From the NCBI GenBank assembly GCA_965278945.1, contig OZ257128.1, positions 2,386,623 to 2,450,622 on the forward strand: a stretch of 64,000 nt of DNA. The letters run 5' to 3'. The notes beneath the pieces were generated by a model, which worked only from the letters and a program-made list of their open reading frames with translations, was not told the DNA's origin and searched no databases. The translations under genes and the position numbers were made by a program. Origin of the DNA: Actinomycetes bacterium. Its GTDB lineage: Bacteria; Actinomycetota; Actinomycetes; S36-B12. Positions 49,956 to 58,417 of this stretch are shown one piece after another. The first letter of the stretch is position 1, and each line of letters begins with the position of its first letter.

Positions 49956-50977
49956 CCCGGATTGCCAACCAGGGTCGGCTCGATCGCGAGGTCGATGCCG
50001 AATGCGTCGTGCACGCGGTGCTGTACGAGTCGCGCCAGCGCCATGATGTCCGCCGCAGAAGCGCCGCCGCGGTTCGTCAGCGCGAGCGTGTGCTTCGTCG
50101 AGATGGCAGCGTTCGGTGCCGCGTCGAGCGCGAAGCCGCCCGCGAGCCCCGAGTTCTCGATGAGCCAGGCCGCGCTCAGCTTGACGCCTGCTGCTGACGG
50201 ATAGCGCGGACATCCCTCAGGCGCGAGCGCGACATCGTCGACGACGGGGTTGGTGAAGAAGGAGCCTGCGCTCCACGTGTCGTGATCCGCGTCGTCGAGA
50301 ACCATGCCCTTCGTCGCTCGCAACTCGAGGACGGCCGAGCGAATGTCGCTGATATCGGCGTGCCCGCCTGTTTCAACGCCGAGCGATCGGGCGAGGTCGC
50401 CGTACGCGACGGCACCGGTCGAGGATGCGTGCAGCCGCAGCGTCACGGCCAGGACGACCCAGCGATCGGGGTCCTTCTTGAACGAGCTGCTGCGATAGCC
50501 GAATCCGCAGTCTTCGGCCCGGAGCCGGCCGAGCTCGCCGGATGCGCGGTCGAGAACATCGACCGCGGCAACGACGTGCGCGATCTCTTGTCCGTAAGCG
50601 CCGACATTCTGGATAGGCGTCGCCCCACAGCGACCAGGAATCCCCGACAGCGCCTCAATGCCGGCCCATCCCTCGCGCACGCTCATCTCCACGACGGCGT
50701 CCCACGGTTCTCCCGCCGCCACGGTGATGTCGACTACTTCGTCCGATGTCTCAACGACGACACCGCGATTGGCTACGTCAATGACCGCCCCGGCGAAGCC
50801 CGCGTCCGCGACGACCAGGTTGCTGCCGCCGCCGAGCAGGAGGACCGGTGTCGAGGAGTCGTCGCACTCGCGAACCGCCTCGACGATCTCCGCGACCGAC
50901 GACGCAGCAAGCCAGGCATCAGCCGGCCCGCCGACCCGAAGCGTCGTGCGCTCGGCGAGGTTCGCGGGTGAGGCCAC
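49952..50977 (-). CDS. murB: UDP-N-acetylenolpyruvoylglucosamine reductase
   Basis: [52 protein letters not shown]. Confidence 0.9.
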   Translation of the reverse strand: MASPANLAERTTLRVGGPADAWLAASSVAEIVEAVRECDDSSTPVLLLGGGSNLVVADAGFAGAVIDVANRGVVVETSDEVVDITVAAGEPWDAVVEMSVREGWAGIEALSGIPGRCGATPIQNVGAYGQEIAHVVAAVDVLDRASGELGRLRAEDCGFGYRSSSFKKDPDRWVVLAVTLRLHASSTGAVAYGDLARSLGVETGGHADISDIRSAVLELRATKGMVLDDADHDTWSAGSFFTNPVVDDVALAPEGCPRYPSAAGVKLSAAWLIENSGLAGGFALDAAPNAAISTKHTLALTNRGGASAADIMALARLVQHRVHDAFGIDLAIEPTLVGNPG

Positions 50978-50986
50978 GACGCAACC

Positions 50987-51943
50987 CTAGGGGCCGGGGG
51001 TTCGCGGGCTGAGGATCTCCGGCCGCGACCGGAAGCGATGCAGGAGCCGGTCGTATGTGCGCCTGGACTCGCGGTCGCGCAACTCCGGGTCGCTGTCGTG
51101 ATAGCTGTGATGGCGCTCCTGATGCACCGGCAACTGCCCGGGCGGAACGACGAGCCGACCACCCTCGGCTCGCAGCGCAAGGGACCACTCGATGTCGGCG
51201 TTGCGGTAGAACCGCGCCTTCGGGTGAGCCGGAGCCGCGAGCGCGGCATCTCGCCGAACGACCAACAAGTAGCCAAGGATCGCATCGACCTCGCCCGACG
51301 GCGCGTCGTCGAATGACCGCCACTCGTTCGCGAGGTTCGCGTTCACCCCGCGCCAACCGGACGCCACCACCGACTGATCATCGAACTGGGCGAGGATTGG
51401 TGTGATCGCATCACCGTCGAGCACCGTCGACATGTCCAGCACCGCGACGACATCCGAGCGACTCACGGCGACTAGCGCGTTGACTGCAGTGGACCAGCCG
51501 ACCTTGGCCAGGTCACCGGCCACGTGCAGGTCGATCACGCGATCGGGATTCTGGGCGGACAGTTCGTGGAGCGCCAGCCCCGCTCCGTCGACGTCTCCGC
51601 AATCAAGGCCGACGATCACGATATCCCCGGGTGCGTACGCGAGCAGCGCTTGGATGCACGCGACAACGTCGTCGGGCCAGCCATCCACGATGAGTGAGAC
51701 AGTGCACCGGGCCGAAGGCAGGACGAGTTCGGCCGCCACAAGGTCGGCTGTCGTGGCGAACACGTCGAACGGGGGGCGGGCGCTCAGTTGGTAGCCACCC
51801 GGGGCGTCGGTCACGACGAACCCCAGTGCGCTGATCCGATCGCGCAGGCGGTCGGCCTCGGTGAAGTCCCGGACGGCCCGCGCTGCAGTGCGCTCGTCAG
51901 CGAGCTCCACCACTTCAGCGGGGACGTTCGCGCCGTCGCTCAT
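50987..51943 (-). CDS. Glycosyltransferase-family-2-like protein with an N-terminal module resembling the C-terminal helical domain of cysteinyl-tRNA synthetase
   Basis: N-terminus ERTAARAVRDFTEADRLRDRISALGFVVTDAPGGYQL. Then a Rossmann-like CTVSLIVDGWPDDVVACIQALL... and acidic VAVLDMSTVLDGD. The family call is tentative. Confidence 0.55.
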   Translation of the reverse strand: MSDGANVPAEVVELADERTAARAVRDFTEADRLRDRISALGFVVTDAPGGYQLSARPPFDVFATTADLVAAELVLPSARCTVSLIVDGWPDDVVACIQALLAYAPGDIVIVGLDCGDVDGAGLALHELSAQNPDRVIDLHVAGDLAKVGWSTAVNALVAVSRSDVVAVLDMSTVLDGDAITPILAQFDDQSVVASGWRGVNANLANEWRSFDDAPSGEVDAILGYLLVVRRDAALAAPAHPKARFYRNADIEWSLALRAEGGRLVVPPGQLPVHQERHHSYHDSDPELRDRESRRTYDRLLHRFRSRPEILSPRTPGP

Positions 51944-52365
51944 GCGGGCAGGCGGACGACTGCCTGTGCCTTGCCGAGGACCGTTGCGCCCTCACTGGTC
52001 GCCGTGAGAGTCACGAGCACGGTGCCGTCGTCATTCTTCGCGGTGACCTTGCCGCTCACCTCGAGAGTGGCGCCGACCTCGTCGTCGGGAACCACCACGG
52101 GGCGGGTGAACCGGACGCCGTACTGCACGACCGAGCCGGGGTCTTTGGTCCAGTCTGTAACGACGCGAACAGCGGTTGCCATCGTCAGCATGCCGTGAGC
52201 AATCACGTCGGGGAGGCCGACCGACGTTGCCACGCGCTGGTTCCAGTGGATGGGATTGAAGTCCAGGGACGCCCCTGCGTAGCGCACGAGGTCCGCACGC
52301 TGGATGGGGAATGTCTGGCTAGGCAACTCCGCGCCGACCTCGATGTCGTTCCAGCTGATGCTCAT
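51940..52365 (-). CDS. hadB: MaoC-like (R)-specific hydratase/dehydratase, HadB-like subunit
   Basis: RYAGASLDFNPIHWNQRVATSVGLPDVIAHGMLTMA (hotdog hydratase motif). ATGA overlaps on both sides. Mycobacterium-like rpmG-hadA-hadB synteny. Confidence 0.8.
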   Translation of the reverse strand: MSISWNDIEVGAELPSQTFPIQRADLVRYAGASLDFNPIHWNQRVATSVGLPDVIAHGMLTMATAVRVVTDWTKDPGSVVQYGVRFTRPVVVPDDEVGATLEVSGKVTAKNDDGTVLVTLTATSEGATVLGKAQAVVRLPA

Positions 52366-52820
52366 TCGGCGCCCGCTTCGGGCCCGCGCGAGACGATGAG
52401 CGAGTGCGTTGTCGCGACGTGCTCGCCGTCGATCGTCGCGATGTCGCCGCGCGTGGTGATCATGTCGTTGCCCGCGGCGAAGCGGATCGACTCGATCGTG
52501 GTCGTGACGTTCAGTTCGTCGCCAGCAACGATCGGCCGGGCGTAAGAAAAGCGCTGCTCACCGTGCACGACACGTGAGTAGTCGAGCCCCAGTTCGGGGT
52601 CGTGAATGACTGCCGAACTGGCGCGCATCGACAAGATGATCGCGAACGTCGGCGGGACGACCAGATCGGAATAGCCGAGCGCACGCGCCGACTTGACGTC
52701 GTGATAGGCAGGATTGAGGTCACCGATTGCGGTCGCGAACTCCCGGACCTTCTCGCGCCCCACGACGTAAGGAGCGCTAGGCGGATAGACCCGACCAACG
52801 AAGTCCGGGTTGAGGGCCAT
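52362..52820 (-). CDS. hadA: MaoC-like dehydratase N-terminal-type subunit, HadA-like
   Basis: MALNPDFVGRVYPPSAPYVVGREKVREFATAIGDLNPAYHD...PPTFA; directly downstream of rpmG. Confidence 0.78.
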   Translation of the reverse strand: MALNPDFVGRVYPPSAPYVVGREKVREFATAIGDLNPAYHDVKSARALGYSDLVVPPTFAIILSMRASSAVIHDPELGLDYSRVVHGEQRFSYARPIVAGDELNVTTTIESIRFAAGNDMITTRGDIATIDGEHVATTHSLIVSRGPEAGAE

Positions 52821-52846
52821 GCGGTCAGTCTGCCGTACCCGAGCGA

Positions 52847-53014
52847 CTAGCGGGTTTCCTTGTGGTTCGTGTGCTTGTTGCAGTTCGGGCAGAACTTCTT
52901 GGCCTCAAGGCGATCAGGATCGTTGCGGCGGTTCTTCTTGGTGATGTAGTTGCGGTGCTTGCAGTCCTCGCATGCCATCGTGATCTTCGGGCGAACGTCG
53001 GTAGCCTTACCCAC
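52847..53014 (-). CDS. rpmG: 50S ribosomal protein L33 (zinc-binding C+ form)
   Basis: GTG 53014 with AGAGGAAG upstream: (M)[54 protein letters not shown]. Confidence 0.93.
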   Translation of the reverse strand: MGKATDVRPKITMACEDCKHRNYITKKNRRNDPDRLEAKKFCPNCNKHTNHKETR

Positions 53015-53088
53015 TGGTCTTCCTCTTTCTGATGATCTCGACAAGCGCTTGCCGAGCGTGTTGGTGATGCTGGTCGAACCGGCCTAAG

Positions 53089-53161
53089 TAGCGGAGGCCG
53101 GACTTGAACCGGCGACACAGCGATTATGAGCCGCTTGCTCTACCAACTGAGCTACCCCGCC
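53089..53161 (-). tRNA. tRNA-Met, elongator type (anticodon CAT)
   Basis: Hand-folded: GGCGGGG-TA-GCTC-AGTTGGTA-GAGC-A-AGCGG-CTCATAA-TCGCT-GTGTC-GCCGG-TTCAAGT-CCGGC-CTCCGCT-A. The anticodon stem lacks the three G:C pairs of initiator tRNA. Confidence 0.88.
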
Positions 53162-53187
53162 GCAATGAGGCGAACTGCACCTCATCG

Positions 53188-53260
53188 AGCCCCTTTACGG
53201 AATCGAACCGTAGACCTTCTCCTTACCATGGAGACGCTCTGCCGTCTGAGCTAAAGGGGC
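53188..53260 (-). tRNA. tRNA-Thr (anticodon GGT)
   Basis: Hand-folded: GCCCCTT-TA-GCTC-AGACGGCA-GAGC-G-TCTCC-ATGGTAA-GGAGA-AGGTC-TACGG-TTCGATT-CCGTA-AAGGGGC-T. Confidence 0.92.
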
Positions 53261-53353
53261 CTAAAGCCCCGTAAGCGTACACAAGCGCCCCGAGCGACGG
53301 GAAATCGAGTCCCGCCGCTCGGCGGGAGCGGCAAATAGCGGTTGACTGGCCTC

Positions 53354-54292
53354 ATGACCGACAAATGGACGGCGCGGGATATGCCCGACCTCACCGGTCG
53401 GTGCGCCGTCGTCACCGGTGCCAACTCCGGAATCGGGCTGCAGGCGGCAAGGCAGCTCGCCGGTCACGGGGCGGACGTGACGCTCGCCGTGCGCGACGAG
53501 GCTCGCGGTGCGGCGGCCGCGGCGCAGATCCAAGCCTGGGAACCCGGCGCCCGGGTCCTGGTCGCGCGGCTGGACCTAGCCGAGCTTGCCTCGGTGCGCG
53601 CGTTCGCCGACGCATGGTCGAGCTCTCATCCTGAGGGCCTCGACCTCCTGATCAATAACGCCGGGATCATGGCGACGCCATTTCGGACCACTCCGGACGG
53701 CTTCGAGGCGCAACTGGCCACGAACCACCTTGGCCACTTCGCGCTCACCGCGCTGCTGCTTCCCGCGCTGGTCGCTCGTCCCCGCTCTCGCGTCGTGACG
53801 ATCTCTTCGCAGGCGCACCGGATGGGCCGGATTCACTTCGACGACCTCATGTCGACACGGCGCTACTCCGCATGGGGTGCGTATGCGCAGAGCAAGCTGG
53901 CCAACCTGCTGTTCACCCGGGAACTCCAGCGACGTCTCGACCTCACCGGAATCGCGACCCTCGCGGCGGCAGCCCACCCCGGCTACGCCGCGACCAACCT
54001 GCAATCGGGCGGGCCACGCATGCGGAACCGCGGCTGGATGGAACGGGTCACCAGCCTCGGCAACCGGGTACTCGCTCAGTCCGCGGAGATGGGCGCGCTG
54101 CCCTCCTTGTTCGCCGCGACGTTTCCCGAACTGCCGGGAGGCGCATACGTGGGGCCGAGCGGACCCTTCGAGCAGCACGGGTATCCCGTCCTCGTCGGAC
54201 GATCCAAGGCTGCGTTGAACGATGCCGATGCACGCCGACTGTGGACGGTCAGCGAGAACCTGACCGGGGTGCGCTTCCCGCTCGACGCCTAG
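53354..54292 (+). CDS. Short-chain dehydrogenase/reductase (SDR) family oxidoreductase
   Basis: VVTGANSGIGLQAARQL (TGxxxGxG), NNAG, YAQSKLAN (YxxxK). ATG 53354; the track starts at TTG 53342. Confidence 0.88.
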   Translation: MTDKWTARDMPDLTGRCAVVTGANSGIGLQAARQLAGHGADVTLAVRDEARGAAAAAQIQAWEPGARVLVARLDLAELASVRAFADAWSSSHPEGLDLLINNAGIMATPFRTTPDGFEAQLATNHLGHFALTALLLPALVARPRSRVVTISSQAHRMGRIHFDDLMSTRRYSAWGAYAQSKLANLLFTRELQRRLDLTGIATLAAAAHPGYAATNLQSGGPRMRNRGWMERVTSLGNRVLAQSAEMGALPSLFAATFPELPGGAYVGPSGPFEQHGYPVLVGRSKAALNDADARRLWTVSENLTGVRFPLDA

Positions 54293-54332
54293 CCAAGCAG
54301 CGACTCGGCTCGGGCCGGGCCGAAAATGCGTG

Positions 54333-54362
54333 GTGGGGCCGTCCCGTCGGGAGCGGCCCCAC
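54333..54362. terminator. GC-rich hairpin (GTGGGGCCG...CGGCCCCAC with an inner stem) between the SDR gene and tRNA-Tyr
   Basis: 9-bp outer stem plus inner TCCC/GGGA pairing. On the minus strand it follows tRNA-Tyr and is followed by CATTTTCGG. Confidence 0.6.
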
Positions 54363-54370
54363 GCCACGCG

Positions 54371-54452
54371 TGGCGGGTGAAGGATTCGAACCTTCGAAGG
54401 CTAAGCCGGCGGATTTACAGTCCGCTCCCATTGGCCACTCGGGCAACCCGCC
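54371..54452 (-). tRNA. tRNA-Tyr (anticodon GTA), long variable arm
   Basis: Hand-folded: acceptor GGCGGGT/ACCCGCC, anticodon loop CTGTAAA, T-arm GAAGG-TTCGAAT-CCTTC. 82 nt. Confidence 0.9.
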
Positions 54453-54521
54453 ATGGTGCATCGAGAAGGATACACACGACGATTCGACCGACAGAATGGC
54501 GTCGTGACGCACGACTCGAGA

Positions 54522-56567
54522 ATGGATCCACGGCACGCGATCCTCTTCGAACCAGTGCCCATCGGTCCGAAGGTCCTGCCCAACCGGTTCTACCAGGTCC
54601 CGCACGCGTCAGGGTTCGGCTCGCGGCGACCGCAAGCCCAGGCAGCGTTCCGCGCGATCAAGGCTGAAGGCGGCTGGGGAGGCGTCTGCGTCGAGTACTC
54701 CCCCGTGTCGGCCGACACCGAGGAAGCTCCCTATATCGCTGCCGACCTTCGCGACCTCCGCGATGCACAGGCCCTGCGAGCGACCGTTGACGCCGTCCAT
54801 GGGCATGGTGCATTGGCGGGCGTCGAGTTGTTCCACGGCGGCGCGACCAGCAACAACGTCCTCGCCCGAATGCCCCGGATCGCGCCGAGTCAGTCGGGCT
54901 CGTCCGCGAAGTGGGGCTCGGTCCCCCGCTCGATGACGCTCGACGACATCGAGCGGGTTCAGCAGGACTTCGTCACTGCGGCACGCCATGCGCGCGATGT
55001 CGGATTCGACATCGTCTACGTCTACGGCGCTCATGGCTACCTGCTCACCCAGTTCCTGTCGACTGCCATGAACCAGCGAACCGATGCGTACGGGGGGACG
55101 CTCGGCAACCGTGCACGCTTTCACCTCGAGACTCTCGACCGCGTCCGTGCGGCGATCGGGGAAGACTGCGCGATCGCCACCCGAATCTGCATTGACGGCC
55201 GTGACGGTGTTCCCGGCATCCACCTGGACGACATGCTCGAGTTCGTCGCCATGGCCGATCCGCTCGTCGACCTGTTCGACGTCATCGTCGGATCGTGGCC
55301 GGAGGACTCGGGAACCTCGCGCTACTACGCCGAGGGTCACCAGCTGCCGTGGTCCAGCAGAGTGCGCGAGGCCACGATGAAGCCCATCGTCGGTGTCGGC
55401 CGTTACACGAATCCCGACCAGATGGCCCAGGTCATCCGCTCCGGAGCGTTCGACCTCATCGGTGCCGCGCGGCCGGCAATCGCCGACCCGTTCATCCCGC
55501 AGAAGATCGCGACCGGACGGCTGTCCGACATCAGGGAGTGCACCGGCGCGAACGTATGCATCCTGCGCGAGGAGGGCTTCGGCCAGATCGGCTGCATCCA
55601 GAACGCCACGGCTGGCGAGGAGTTCAGGCGCGGCTGGCATCCCGAGCAGTTCCCGCCCGCGATCGACCCGGACCGCGCCGTGCTCGTCGTGGGTGCCGGT
55701 CCCGCGGGCATGGAGTGCGCACTCGTTCTTGGCCGGCGCGGCTTCGAGGCCGTTCACCTGGTCGAGTCCGGCACCGAGATCGGCGGCCGGCTCACGTGGA
55801 CTCGGCGACTGCCGACGCTAGGAGAGTGGGGCCGCGTAACCGACTGGCGCGCAACACAGCTGGCCGCACTGCCCAATGTCGAGCTGATCACCGGACGCCG
55901 GCTGACGACCGACGACGTCCTGGACTACGGGGCGGCGATCGTGGTCATCGCGACCGGCAGCCACTGGTCTGGCGACGGAACCCAGCCCGGACGGACCGAG
56001 CCCCTGTCCGCGGCGCGGACCTTCCTCACGCCCGAATCGATCATGGCGGGCTCGCGGCCGACGGGGCGTTCGGTCGTCGTCTACGACTGCGACGGCTACT
56101 ACGTCGCGCCGGGCATCAGCGAACTGCTCGCGGACGAGGGGTTCGGTGTGCACCTCATTACCCCGCACCAGGTCGTGTCGCCAATGTCTGACGGGACCCT
56201 CGAAGGAAAGATGCTGCGCCAGCACCTGCACGACCGCGGGATCGCGATGACCACTGCCGTGACGTTGCACGAGTGGAGCAGCGGACGCGTGAGCGGCGTC
56301 GACCAGTTCGGCGACGCGTACGAGACGGAGTGCGACGACGTGGTCCTGGTCACGCATCAGGTCGTTGATGACGACCTGTATCAGGGGCTCACCGCCGACC
56401 CGGCGGCGCTCGCGGCAGCCGGAATCGACGCGGTCCACCTGATCGGGGATGCGTCATCGCCTCGGTGGATCTCCGAGGCGGTGTTCGACGGCCATCGCCT
56501 CGCCCGCGAGATCGACTCGCCACACCCGTCCATTCCGCTGGCCGTCCGGCGCGAGCCACCAACGTGA
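54522..56567 (+). CDS. Trimethylamine-dehydrogenase-family flavoprotein (OYE-like FMN domain plus NAD(P)/FAD-type domains)
   Basis: MDPRHAILFEPVPIGPKVLPNRFYQVPHASGFG...KAEGGWGGV closely parallels the TMADH/DMADH/histamine dehydrogenase N-terminus. IRECTGANVCILREEGFGQIGCIQNAT lies at the Fe-S site. VLVVGAGPAGMECA dinucleotide fold. ATG 54522. Confidence 0.8.
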   Translation: MDPRHAILFEPVPIGPKVLPNRFYQVPHASGFGSRRPQAQAAFRAIKAEGGWGGVCVEYSPVSADTEEAPYIAADLRDLRDAQALRATVDAVHGHGALAGVELFHGGATSNNVLARMPRIAPSQSGSSAKWGSVPRSMTLDDIERVQQDFVTAARHARDVGFDIVYVYGAHGYLLTQFLSTAMNQRTDAYGGTLGNRARFHLETLDRVRAAIGEDCAIATRICIDGRDGVPGIHLDDMLEFVAMADPLVDLFDVIVGSWPEDSGTSRYYAEGHQLPWSSRVREATMKPIVGVGRYTNPDQMAQVIRSGAFDLIGAARPAIADPFIPQKIATGRLSDIRECTGANVCILREEGFGQIGCIQNATAGEEFRRGWHPEQFPPAIDPDRAVLVVGAGPAGMECALVLGRRGFEAVHLVESGTEIGGRLTWTRRLPTLGEWGRVTDWRATQLAALPNVELITGRRLTTDDVLDYGAAIVVIATGSHWSGDGTQPGRTEPLSAARTFLTPESIMAGSRPTGRSVVVYDCDGYYVAPGISELLADEGFGVHLITPHQVVSPMSDGTLEGKMLRQHLHDRGIAMTTAVTLHEWSSGRVSGVDQFGDAYETECDDVVLVTHQVVDDDLYQGLTADPAALAAAGIDAVHLIGDASSPRWISEAVFDGHRLAREIDSPHPSIPLAVRREPPT

Positions 56568-56622
56568 ACGGTGCCTGACAGAATGTGCGCACGCATGAAT
56601 GCATCGCTCGCGAGGAGGACAC

Positions 56623-57114
56623 ATGGCTGACAGCAGTTTCGACATCGTCTCCAAGGTTGACCGGCAGGAGGCAGACAACGCGCTGAACCAGGCAGCCAAG
56701 GAGCTCGCGCAGCGCTTCGACTTCAAGAACACCGGCACGACGATCGAGTGGAAGGGCGAGCTCGGGGTCGAGATCACCTCGGGCACCGAGGAGCGCGCGA
56801 AGGCCGCGCTCGACGTGTTCCAGGAGAAGATCATCAAGCGCGGCCTGAGCCTGAAGTCGTTCGAGGCCGAGGATCCCCGCTCGTCGGGCAAGGAATACAA
56901 GATCACCGGCACGTTCAAGGCCGGTATCAGCCAGGAGCAGGCGAAGAAGATCGGCAAGCTCATCCGCGACGAGGGCCCCAAGACCGTCAAGACTCAGGTG
57001 ATGGGCGAGGAGCTCCGCGTCACGAGCAAGAGCCGCGACGACCTTCAGGCAGTGCAGGCGCTCGTGAAGGGCGCCGACCTCGACTTCGCGGTGCAGTTCG
57101 ACAACTACCGCTAA
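56623..57114 (+). CDS. yajQ: YajQ family (UPF0234) nucleotide/cyclic-di-GMP-binding protein
   Basis: [37 protein letters not shown]...VQFDNYR; ATG 56623 with GAGGAGGA upstream. Confidence 0.9.
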   Translation: MADSSFDIVSKVDRQEADNALNQAAKELAQRFDFKNTGTTIEWKGELGVEITSGTEERAKAALDVFQEKIIKRGLSLKSFEAEDPRSSGKEYKITGTFKAGISQEQAKKIGKLIRDEGPKTVKTQVMGEELRVTSKSRDDLQAVQALVKGADLDFAVQFDNYR

Positions 57115-57125
57115 CTGTCGTCCGT

Positions 57126-57182
57126 CGACCTTGAGGTTCCGCCCACATTTCGGTCCCCGAAATGGGCGGAACCTCAAGGTCG
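57126..57182. repeat. Palindromic element copy 2 / bidirectional terminator between convergent yajQ and the nuoI-like gene (20-bp perfect stem, 2-nt bulge, 6 more bp, 3-nt loop)
   Basis: CGACCTTGAGGTTCCGCCCA(CA)TTTCGG-TCC-CCGAAATGGGCGGAACCTCAAGGTCG. Shares the core CGACCTTGAGGTT with 40-108. Confidence 0.8.
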
Positions 57183-57192
57183 CGGGACTGGG

Positions 57193-57528
57193 TTACGGGA
57201 GCCACTGCTCCAGACGGCTCATCGACTGGACCAGCTCGGCTCGCTGGACCGCGCTGTAGTCGAACTGCGGACTCCAGGCAAGGGCGTCGAACGGGCACAC
57301 GTCGACGCAGATCCCGCAATACATGCACAGGCCGTAGTCGATGGAGAACTCATCGAGAACGTTGACGGTGCGCGGCCGGCGAGCGCCCTCTTCGGTGACC
57401 TCCACCGTGTGGCTGTCGAGGGTTATGCACCAGGTGGGACATTCGCGCACGCAGAGCATGCACGACGTGCACGCGGACGCGATGAGCCCGATCACACCTC
57501 GCACCGGCGGGCTCGATTCCTCGCTCAT
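57193..57528 (-). CDS. NuoI-like 2x[4Fe-4S] ferredoxin-type protein
   Basis: CTSCMLCVRECP and CMYCGICVDVCP. Start is either ATG 57528 (ATGA overlap with the upstream stop) or ATG 57540. Confidence 0.8.
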   Translation of the reverse strand: MSEESSPPVRGVIGLIASACTSCMLCVRECPTWCITLDSHTVEVTEEGARRPRTVNVLDEFSIDYGLCMYCGICVDVCPFDALAWSPQFDYSAVQRAELVQSMSRLEQWLP

Positions 57529-57977
57529 GAGTCCAGCCATTCGTCAGGCACCCCGGCGGGACGTTGCCTGCGGCGCGCCGGGCTGCCCCCGGGTTCCGCC
57601 GTTCCAGGCCAGTCGACTGCGACGCGGGCGGCGAGCACGGCATCGTGGCGTAACGGCGGCCTGCCGAGAGTCGTGCGCAGGAGCAAGGGCCGGTCATCGC
57701 GAAGACCGACAAAGGTCAGGCCGAACATCTCGGACGTCTCGCGCTCGTGCCAGGAGGCACCTATATATAGCGTGCTGAGACTGTCGATCAGCGGATCGTC
57801 GGACGGGACGACGGCCCGGGCCAGGACCCGCTCCCCGGAGTCGGGGTTGAGCACGTGGGCGACGACCTCGGTGCTCGTCACGCGGTCGACTCCGGTGAGG
57901 AAGTCGAGATAAACAAAGCCCGTCGCGTGGCGCGTCGTCCACTCTGCGAGCCAGTCGCCCCTGTCGATGTCGATCAC
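57525..57977 (-). CDS. NuoC-like (complex I 30-kDa subunit family) protein
   Basis: FVYLDFLTGVD...SLSTLYIGASWHERETSEMFGLTFVG; ATGA overlap with the upstream gene. Confidence 0.8.
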   Translation of the reverse strand: MIDIDRGDWLAEWTTRHATGFVYLDFLTGVDRVTSTEVVAHVLNPDSGERVLARAVVPSDDPLIDSLSTLYIGASWHERETSEMFGLTFVGLRDDRPLLLRTTLGRPPLRHDAVLAARVAVDWPGTAEPGGSPARRRQRPAGVPDEWLDS

Positions 57978-58417
57978 GCCCTGTCCTCCCGCGTCATCGC
58001 CGACAGAGCAGCGACGAGGGCGTCCGGACGCGGGGGGCAGCCCGGGACGTACGTCGAGACGTCAAGCAACTGGTCGATCCCCTTGGTGACCGTGGGTGCA
58101 TCCCAGTACGGGCCGCCGGTGCTCGCGCAGGCGCCGAACGCGACGATGCGGGCCGAGGAGCCCAGGTCCTCGTGGATGCGGACCACGGCCGGGGCGAGCG
58201 CGTCGGTCACAGTCCCGGAGACCAGGAGGATCGTCGACGACGCAGCATCGTTGCTGGCGCCCTCCGCCACGAGCAGCCCTGTCCGGATTGCGGCCTCGAC
58301 CTCCATCGAGCAGCACGCCAGTCCGACGTTCGCCAGCACTACCCGGACCTCCGGGTCGCCCGCGAGGCGAAACGCCTGGACGGTCGCTGGGCGTGCCGCT
58401 GGGCTGACCGGGAGCAT
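57974..58417 (-). CDS. NuoB-like (complex I 20-kDa / hydrogenase small-subunit family) Fe-S protein
   Basis: GLACCSMEVEAA, VAFGACASTGGPYWD, YVPGCPPRPDAL (four Cys of an N2-type cluster site). ATG 58417 chosen; the open frame continues to TTG 58489. Confidence 0.78.
   Translation of the reverse strand: MLPVSPAARPATVQAFRLAGDPEVRVVLANVGLACCSMEVEAAIRTGLLVAEGASNDAASSTILLVSGTVTDALAPAVVRIHEDLGSSARIVAFGACASTGGPYWDAPTVTKGIDQLLDVSTYVPGCPPRPDALVAALSAMTREDRA

Noticed and set aside
53089-54452. tRNA cluster as a possible integration hotspot for a genomic island
   Set aside because: There is no integrase, no direct repeat of a tRNA 3' end, and no phage or ICE genes nearby. The SDR gene between the tRNAs looks like ordinary chromosome.
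54453-54521. The longest ORF of the flavoprotein starts 1 nt after tRNA-Tyr
   Set aside because: The first 23 codons have no similarity to the family and abut the tRNA gene. ATG 54522 (MDPRHAILFEP) matches the family N-terminus.
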